A DNA stretch of 41,640 nt from a virus (taxonomy: Duplodnaviria; Caudoviricetes), in IMG/VR virus record IMGVR_UViG_3300032254_000012, positions 1-41,640 of that record; one strand, given 5' to 3'. A program made the translations under genes and the position numbers. Below the pieces are notes generated by a model. That model made no database searches, had not been told where the DNA came from, and saw only the letters and a program-made list of their open reading frames with translations. This document shows positions 36,368 through 41,640 of the stretch, piece after piece. The stretch's first letter is position 1, and each line of letters begins with the position of its first letter.

Positions 36368-37422
36368 AAAAATTAAAAATTAATGCACAAGCTTTATTGG
36401 CTGCGTTAAGTCGTGCGCCTTATATCGCAAAAGATAAAATTCTTAGTATGGCGCTGTTGGAGCTATTTGATGGCAAGGTGACTTTAACCAGCATGGACCA
36501 CAGCGCAACAATGATTCAGCACGTTGATTATGACAGCGGGAATATTAATCCTGTTGCGTTAGATATTGTGTTGCTTAGTGGCGTGTTACAAAATATGACG
36601 GGGCGCATAACGCTAAACCAAAAAGACAACAAAATTTCGTTAACCAGTGGTAAGCGTCGATTTAATATTCCTTGTATTCCTGGTGAACACTTTCCCTCTT
36701 TGCCAGATTTAACGATTAAACCTTTCAAAGCAAATATGTCTGATCTTCTTAATGGCTTGCGCCACGTATTTTATGCCGCAGGCAAGCATGACGTTAGGCT
36801 TTTTTTAAATGGCATTTGTTTACAGCGGGACAATATGGTTGCTACAGATGGCCATCGAATTGCTGTCTATCCATTTGAGTGCGATATGCCTGACGATCAA
36901 GGCGTGATTATTCCGCGCGACTCTGTTCAGTTAATTCAAAAACATGTTCGCCCAGATTGTTCGGCTCATTTGATTTACACCAACAATAGCAGCAACGTAA
37001 ATATGCTGGCTTTTAAGTCTTCGTCGTTTCAGCTTTATTGCAAGTTAATTGACCTTAAATATCCGGAGTGGCGGAGCAAAACACCTAACTGTAACGAACA
37101 AGAACACCATATATCAATTGACAAGCCTGAAATGCAAGCCGCCTTACAACGCTTATCTTTATTTGAAGGGTTGTTTGACATTAGTAAAACATCAACGGGA
37201 ATTTCTTTATCCTCTAAAGATGCAGAAGATGATTTGCATGCAGAAGTTGAATCAAACGAGGACTTTACCGTTTCAATGAGCAACCGTTATTTTTCTGATG
37301 CGCTTAGCCTTTGTGGTGATGACGACAAGATCACACTTCATGGTTCTGGTCCGTATCAAATTTGGATGCTTACCATTAAAGGTAAGCCTGAGACACATTA
37401 CATGCTGCCATTTAAGAGGTAA
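36364..37422 (+). CDS. DNA polymerase III beta sliding clamp homologue (DnaN-like)
   Basis: 352 aa; EHFPSLP, DVRLFLNGI, VATDGHRIA, VIIPR, KLIDLKYP, MLP. Confidence 0.88.
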   Translation: MKKLKINAQALLAALSRAPYIAKDKILSMALLELFDGKVTLTSMDHSATMIQHVDYDSGNINPVALDIVLLSGVLQNMTGRITLNQKDNKISLTSGKRRFNIPCIPGEHFPSLPDLTIKPFKANMSDLLNGLRHVFYAAGKHDVRLFLNGICLQRDNMVATDGHRIAVYPFECDMPDDQGVIIPRDSVQLIQKHVRPDCSAHLIYTNNSSNVNMLAFKSSSFQLYCKLIDLKYPEWRSKTPNCNEQEHHISIDKPEMQAALQRLSLFEGLFDISKTSTGISLSSKDAEDDLHAEVESNEDFTVSMSNRYFSDALSLCGDDDKITLHGSGPYQIWMLTIKGKPETHYMLPFKR

Positions 37423-37428
37423 AACACT

Positions 37429-37905
37429 ATGAATATCCCAAACATACCCATGCACACATTAAACAATCTCACTAATAAAGAATTGCTTAGCCATATTCAA
37501 TGTTGTGTTCACCCAGTTATTGAGTCGTTATATTCACGCATGAGCGACTTAACCGAAGAAGAGGGAGAAGTAAACGCTTTAGAAAACGACATTTCAGAAA
37601 AAAAATTAGAAATTGACGAGTTAAAAAATATTATTAACGATCTTTTGGATGACATAGCTGAAGAGGATGAAGATATGAAGGAGTCACAAGCTGAAGCATT
37701 ATTGTTTGCACTTAAAACCAAGCCGATGACAAAGTTTGAAATTTTTACTGAGCTGGGAATTTGGAATAGCGGAGCGCGCATTAAAGAACTGCGCGATGTT
37801 GGTCATGCGATAGAAACTAAAATGATTGAGCATATAAGCGAAAAGTGGGGCAAGGGTGAAGTTGCACAATATATTCTTCACGAAGCCGTTGAGCAAGCAG
37901 CGTAA
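37429..37905 (+). CDS. Coiled-coil plus C-terminal winged HTH protein
   Basis: PMTKFEIFTELGIWNSGARIKELRDVGHAIET. Confidence 0.7.
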   Translation: MNIPNIPMHTLNNLTNKELLSHIQCCVHPVIESLYSRMSDLTEEEGEVNALENDISEKKLEIDELKNIINDLLDDIAEEDEDMKESQAEALLFALKTKPMTKFEIFTELGIWNSGARIKELRDVGHAIETKMIEHISEKWGKGEVAQYILHEAVEQAA

Positions 37906-38180
37906 TGCATCAAGACATTATTAATGCAGCTTTTGAATTGGTTGGTGCGTTTATCGTTTGGATGAATGTGTGGAAGCTATACCAGGACAGCGAGATTAAA
38001 GGTATCTATTGGCCTACGTTTGCATTTTTTGCGGCATGGGGCTTATGGAATTTATATTATTACCCAAGCCTTGGACAGTGGCTAAGTTTTGGGGCTGGGG
38101 TGTTGCTTGTCTCAGGTAATATTGCGTGGATAGCTGTAGCGTTTAAATTAAAAACGATAAGGATTAATAATGAAGGATAG
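37905..38180 (+). CDS. Three-TM membrane protein (PQ-loop/SemiSWEET-like)
   Basis: 91 aa, three TM segments, KLYQDSEIKGIYW loop. Confidence 0.6.
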   Translation: MHQDIINAAFELVGAFIVWMNVWKLYQDSEIKGIYWPTFAFFAAWGLWNLYYYPSLGQWLSFGAGVLLVSGNIAWIAVAFKLKTIRINNEG

Positions 38181-38463
38181 ACTTTGCCCTCGATGTGGTT
38201 CTCGTAATTTAGTATCACTTAAAACGTGCGGCGTGTGCATGACGCCTTTACGGCAAAAGCGCTTTCACATGGATAAAAATAAGATTAGCTATGTTCATGT
38301 TTTAGCACTAAAACAGAAAGGTTTAACAGAAGAAGAATACAAATTACGACTTAATGCTGTTGGTGTTGAAAGCTGCAAAGAATTAAAACGCGATAACTAT
38401 TATAAATTTGTTGATGGGTTGCGCAAGCTGCCAGACGCACCGAGCACAAAGAAGGCAGCATGA
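38170..38463 (+). CDS. GemA (Mu gp16)-like protein with N-terminal Zn ribbon
   Basis: YVHVLALKQKGLTEEEYKLRL..VGVESCKEL; CPRC..CGVC. Confidence 0.6.
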   Translation: MKDRLCPRCGSRNLVSLKTCGVCMTPLRQKRFHMDKNKISYVHVLALKQKGLTEEEYKLRLNAVGVESCKELKRDNYYKFVDGLRKLPDAPSTKKAA

Positions 38464-38828
38464 GCAAATATCATTTCGAGCGTATTTCTCAAGGCCAAAC
38501 TTTTAAAGTAAAGGGCTTGCCGGGCGATCATGACCGCATGTACATAACTATTAACGAAGAGTCTGGCGCGCCTTTCGAGGTGTTTGTTCGTTATGACTCG
38601 CACGAACATTTTGAATTAATTAATGTGATTGCAAGACTGTCATCTATGGCGTTGCGCGAAGGTGTACCGCTTGATGTTGTTGCTCGCGAGCTAAAAGATA
38701 TACATAGCCCAGAAACACACCATATTGTTCCTGGTACATCACGCACCTGCCCGAGCATTACGGCGCGAATTGGTGAAATGCTAGATAAGTATTTTGAACA
38801 ACAACAATTAAAAAAAGAGGCTGCATGA
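38460..38828 (+). CDS. Stand-alone TSCPD/NrdJb-like domain protein
   Basis: MYITIN...PFEVF...ARLSSMALREGVPLDVVARELKDI...SITARIG. Confidence 0.75.
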   Translation: MSKYHFERISQGQTFKVKGLPGDHDRMYITINEESGAPFEVFVRYDSHEHFELINVIARLSSMALREGVPLDVVARELKDIHSPETHHIVPGTSRTCPSITARIGEMLDKYFEQQQLKKEAA

Positions 38829-39445
38829 AATACCAAATAATACTTGCTGATCCACCATGGAAATATAGCTGTTGGGCGGGGCAAGATAGCAGGGTGGCCG
38901 ATGCTCATTATCCTGTTATGAGTACGCAACAGATTTGTGATATGCGGCCCATGATCGACAACATTGCTGATGATGACTGCGCTTTGTTTATGTGGGGCGT
39001 ACCACCGATGATGCCAGACGCTTTTAAAGTTATGGATGCATGGGGTTTTCGTTATATTAGTTTTGCTTTTTTATGGGTTAAAACGAACAGCAAGCCTATG
39101 TCGCATAAAGATCAGCATCTTGCTTTAAGCAAACATAAACCATTGATCACCTTAGATGATAATGTTTATACGGTTGCAACAGGCATGGGCACGTACACAC
39201 GAGCAAACAGCGAGCCATGCTTTTTAGCTGTTCGTGGAAAAATGCCAGTAACGCACCATGACGTAAACCAAATTATATTGTCTCCGCGTAGGTCGCACAG
39301 CGAAAAACCTAAAGAACAATATAAAAAAATTCAACGGCTATATCCAAATAAAAAGCGTATCGAGTTATTTGCTCGTAGCAAACAACCTGGATGGCATGCT
39401 TGGGGTAATGAAGTAAAATCAACAATAACAAATAAGGCAGCATAA
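38825..39445 (+). CDS. MT-A70 family adenine methyltransferase
   Basis: IILADPPW, ALFMW, AWGFRY, HSEKP, IELFAR, GWHAWGNE. Confidence 0.93.
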   Translation: MKYQIILADPPWKYSCWAGQDSRVADAHYPVMSTQQICDMRPMIDNIADDDCALFMWGVPPMMPDAFKVMDAWGFRYISFAFLWVKTNSKPMSHKDQHLALSKHKPLITLDDNVYTVATGMGTYTRANSEPCFLAVRGKMPVTHHDVNQIILSPRRSHSEKPKEQYKKIQRLYPNKKRIELFARSKQPGWHAWGNEVKSTITNKAA

Positions 39446-39446
39446 A

Positions 39447-39791
39447 ATGGAGCGAGACGTTAACGAAGTAAGGTTAAAAGGCCGCCTGGGAAGCAGCCTA
39501 AAAATAAACCCTGCGCGAACCGCCGCAATGGTATCAATTGCGACCAAAGAAGAATGGGGAGACCAAAACAAAAAAGAAAAAACCTCTTGGCATACTTTGC
39601 AGTTTTATGGAGCAAAGAAAGTGGCGGCTGCAGCAGATGCTTTAAGCAAGGGCAGCCGCGCTTATATAACAGGAAAACTACAGAACGAAAAATGGACAGG
39701 CGCTAACGGGCAAGATAACTTTATGACTAAAGTTGTTGTCGATACATTCGAGCCTTTAGATAAAAAGAAAACTACACCTACAAACAATTGA
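39447..39791 (+). CDS. ssb: Single-stranded DNA-binding protein (no acidic tail)
   Basis: VNEVRLKGRLG, TSWH, LSKGSRAYITGKLQNEKW. Confidence 0.9.
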   Translation: MERDVNEVRLKGRLGSSLKINPARTAAMVSIATKEEWGDQNKKEKTSWHTLQFYGAKKVAAAADALSKGSRAYITGKLQNEKWTGANGQDNFMTKVVVDTFEPLDKKKTTPTNN

Positions 39792-39801
39792 GGGGAACAC
39801 G

Positions 39802-39900
39802 ATGAGTAGACAATATGAAGAAATAAGCAACGCGGCAAGAACGCAAGGATTTTTGTCCGGCGTTATTGTTTCAAGTTTGTTTTGGTGGGTTTTTTCGTAA
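39802..39900 (+). CDS. 32-aa membrane peptide
   Basis: GAGGGG RBS; its TAA lies in the first TAAC box. Confidence 0.5.
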   Translation: MSRQYEEISNAARTQGFLSGVIVSSLFWWVFS

Positions 39901-39969
39901 CGATTGAGCTTAGGGGCGCGAGCGAAGCGAGTCCGAGTGAATAAAATGAGCGAACTGGAGTAATTTGTT

Positions 39970-40197
39970 ATGCAAGAAAATAAAACGATAACTATTAATT
40001 GGGATAAAGGCCGCATCTGGCATTCTGACTGCGACAACCATCTTGGTGGCGTAATGGTAGAAGTTAAGTCAAACGTGATGTTTGATGGGAAGCCTTACGG
40101 GCTAATGAAGTGCTTGCACTGTGACAGACAAGGTTACTACCCCAATGGTGGCAGTGGTAAATTTGAAGCTAAAGAAGTTAGTGAAAACGCTGCATAA
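39970..40197 (+). CDS. Cassette gene, small Cys/His protein
   Basis: Bounded by GTTATGCA / TGCATAAC. Confidence 0.75.
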   Translation: MQENKTITINWDKGRIWHSDCDNHLGGVMVEVKSNVMFDGKPYGLMKCLHCDRQGYYPNGGSGKFEAKEVSENAA

Positions 40198-40288
40198 CGA
40201 CTATATAACTGGCGCAGCTCCGCTGCGTCCAAACGAGCAAAGCAAGTGATGTTAATTGTTTTGTTATATTGTTTATTGGAGAAAGATT

Positions 40289-40489
40289 ATGAAGCAAGAA
40301 GAAATTAAAGAGTTAAAGAGAAAATTAGAAGCTGATATAGCTTGTGCAGTATCAAAGTTAACAAGAGAGTTTAACGAGCAGACAGGCTTTCAAATAAGCT
40401 CGGTTGGGATTGAGATAAGCGAGATAAAAACCGTAGGAAAAGAAGACGAATATGTTGTAACCGATGCTTTTGCTGGTATTGGAATATAA
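40289..40489 (+). CDS. Cassette gene, hypothetical
   Basis: GGAG RBS; bounded by GTTATATT / AATATAAC. Confidence 0.75.
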   Translation: MKQEEIKELKRKLEADIACAVSKLTREFNEQTGFQISSVGIEISEIKTVGKEDEYVVTDAFAGIGI

Positions 40490-40502
40490 CGCTTGAGGTT
40501 AG

Positions 40503-40658
40503 TTGAGAGCGAAAGCAAGTGAAACGCCGCTTTATGGATTTTTTTGTAATAAACGCTGCAATTTAAGCGATCGAGAGGAAGACAAACTTCTCTCTAATTT
40601 AAGCAAAGAATCATACAGACAAAAAAGTAAGGTGTGTTTTGAGGGGAAAGAAATATAA
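40503..40658 (+). CDS. Possible cassette gene remnant (51 aa, TTG start)
   Basis: GAGG at 40495 inside the degenerate site; stop in ATATAAC. Confidence 0.35.
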   Translation: MRAKASETPLYGFFCNKRCNLSDREEDKLLSNLSKESYRQKSKVCFEGKEI

Positions 40659-40741
40659 CGCAGAGTTGTTGGGTGGCCGGTTTTATCGGCCATCACGCAC
40701 GAACGCCTTGTTACATGGCTAACTATTTGAGGAAATAAGTG

Positions 40742-40918
40742 ATGGAAGAAATACAAAAGTCTTTTGAGGATTGGTTTATTAATATGCACGGTGATGTAGA
40801 CGAAAGCCTTGTCAAAAATAAAACAGATGATGGTAAGCGGTATATTGATAGCACTACCGATAGCGCGTGGTTTTGCTTTAAAGCTGGCTATTGTCATTGT
40901 GCAACTAAAGACATGTAA
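40742..40918 (+). CDS. Cassette gene, hypothetical (58 aa, not in ORF track)
   Basis: GAGG RBS; MEEIQKSFEDWF...AWFCFKAG; bounded by GTTACATG / CATGTAAC. Confidence 0.75.
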   Translation: MEEIQKSFEDWFINMHGDVDESLVKNKTDDGKRYIDSTTDSAWFCFKAGYCHCATKDM

Positions 40919-40941
40919 CGCTAACTATTGAGGGGCGCACG

Positions 40942-41517
40942 ATGAATACGGAAAATAAAGCTAAATGCCCAAAGCATGATACAGGTGGTGGACCATGTTA
41001 CTGCGACAATGTAAGTGCGTCCGGCTCGAATGACTTGTTATCTTCCGAAACTGGAGCAACTTTTTCTCAAGATAGGAATTACCGATATTCGCTTTGGCGG
41101 CGATGGGAGCATAACGCGCCTTATGTTTTATTTGTTGGCCTAAACCCTTCGACCGCTAATGAAAACGAAGATGATCCAACAATTAGACGATGCAAGCGTT
41201 TTGCGGCTGATTGGGGCTTCGGTGCTATATACATGGCGAATTTGTTCGCACTACGCGCAACAGACCCAAAGGACATGCTGGCTCATGACAAACCAGAAGG
41301 AGTTGATAACGATAAAACTCTTCAAAAGTTGGCGCGTGGTGCAGGAGTTATAGTTTGTGCTTGGGGTGCGCACGGTGGGCACAAAGGGCGGGACGAATAC
41401 GTAGCACGATTATTAGAAGCGTATGAATTGAAGTGTCTCGGTGTAACTAAAGCAGGAAAGCCTAGGCATCCTCTTTATATTAAAGCGGATAAACAACTCG
41501 AAGCACTAGGAAGATAA
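40942..41517 (+). CDS. DUF1643 family protein (cassette gene)
   Basis: YRYSLWRRW, GLNPSTA...DDPTIRRC, NLFALRATDP, AWG, PRHPLY. Confidence 0.9.
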   Translation: MNTENKAKCPKHDTGGGPCYCDNVSASGSNDLLSSETGATFSQDRNYRYSLWRRWEHNAPYVLFVGLNPSTANENEDDPTIRRCKRFAADWGFGAIYMANLFALRATDPKDMLAHDKPEGVDNDKTLQKLARGAGVIVCAWGAHGGHKGRDEYVARLLEAYELKCLGVTKAGKPRHPLYIKADKQLEALGR

Positions 41518-41535
41518 CGATAGAGGTAAGCGGAG

Positions 41536-41640
41536 ATGAACGAAGCGCAGCGTAGTGAAGAGTCCGGCGACGAAGGAGCGAACTTGACCGTTTTGTTATC
41601 TTCTGCTGGATACATGCACCCTAAAGAGCTTGAGCGTATG
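41536..41640 (+). CDS. Partial cassette gene starting inside the last attC-like site
   Basis: GGAG-ATG at 41536; 35 codons open to the window end. Confidence 0.55.
   Translation, partial: MNEAQRSEESGDEGANLTVLLSSAGYMHPKELERM

Larger units (their letters stand above)
39895..41601 (-). mobile_element. Array of inverted attC-like sites and gene cassettes
   Basis: NNNTAAC...GTTANNN imperfect palindromes at 39895-39973, 40192-40269, 40484-~40552 (degenerate), 40653-40716, 40913-41043, 41512-41601. Confidence 0.85.
1..41640. mobile_element. Temperate tailed phage/prophage (siphovirus-like), near complete; ends not visible
   Basis: Ordered replication, packaging, head, tail, lysis, immunity and early modules; no tail sheath gene; no host housekeeping genes. 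Confidence 0.95.

Noticed and set aside
39895-41601. CRISPR array or terminators as explanation of the repeats
   Set aside because: Units differ in sequence and length, flank whole genes and lack consistent U-tails; gene-specific box complementarity fits attC.

Overview
The window is most of a ~42 kb temperate, long-tailed (siphovirus-like) phage or prophage; a gammaproteobacterial host is suggested by the dif-like and IHF-like sites. In order: dif-like site; lambda-O-style replication initiator with an internal iteron origin; DnaC-like loader; tyrosine recombinase 1; Mor/C-like activator; C5 methyltransferase; terminase; portal-gpF fusion; overlapping-frame methyltransferase; head and tail genes; Mtd-like receptor-binding protein; lysis cassette; a minus-strand block (XRE-PAS regulator, lipoprotein, CI-like repressor); and an early operon (two Cro-like paralogues, serine recombinase, tyrosine recombinase 2, beta-clamp homologue, GemA-like, TSCPD, MT-A70, SSB). 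Main finding: the early operon runs into at least six integron attC-like sites (39895-41601) that are inverted relative to their genes, so several sites carry the RBS or start codon of the following gene, and no IntI is visible. Other signals: an orphan DGR-type variable region with no TR or RT in the window, a methyltransferase broken at a T5G9 tract, a 16-bp motif before the three late gene blocks, a probable structured RNA and a truncated second endolysin. All calls come from reading motifs by eye; no searches were run.
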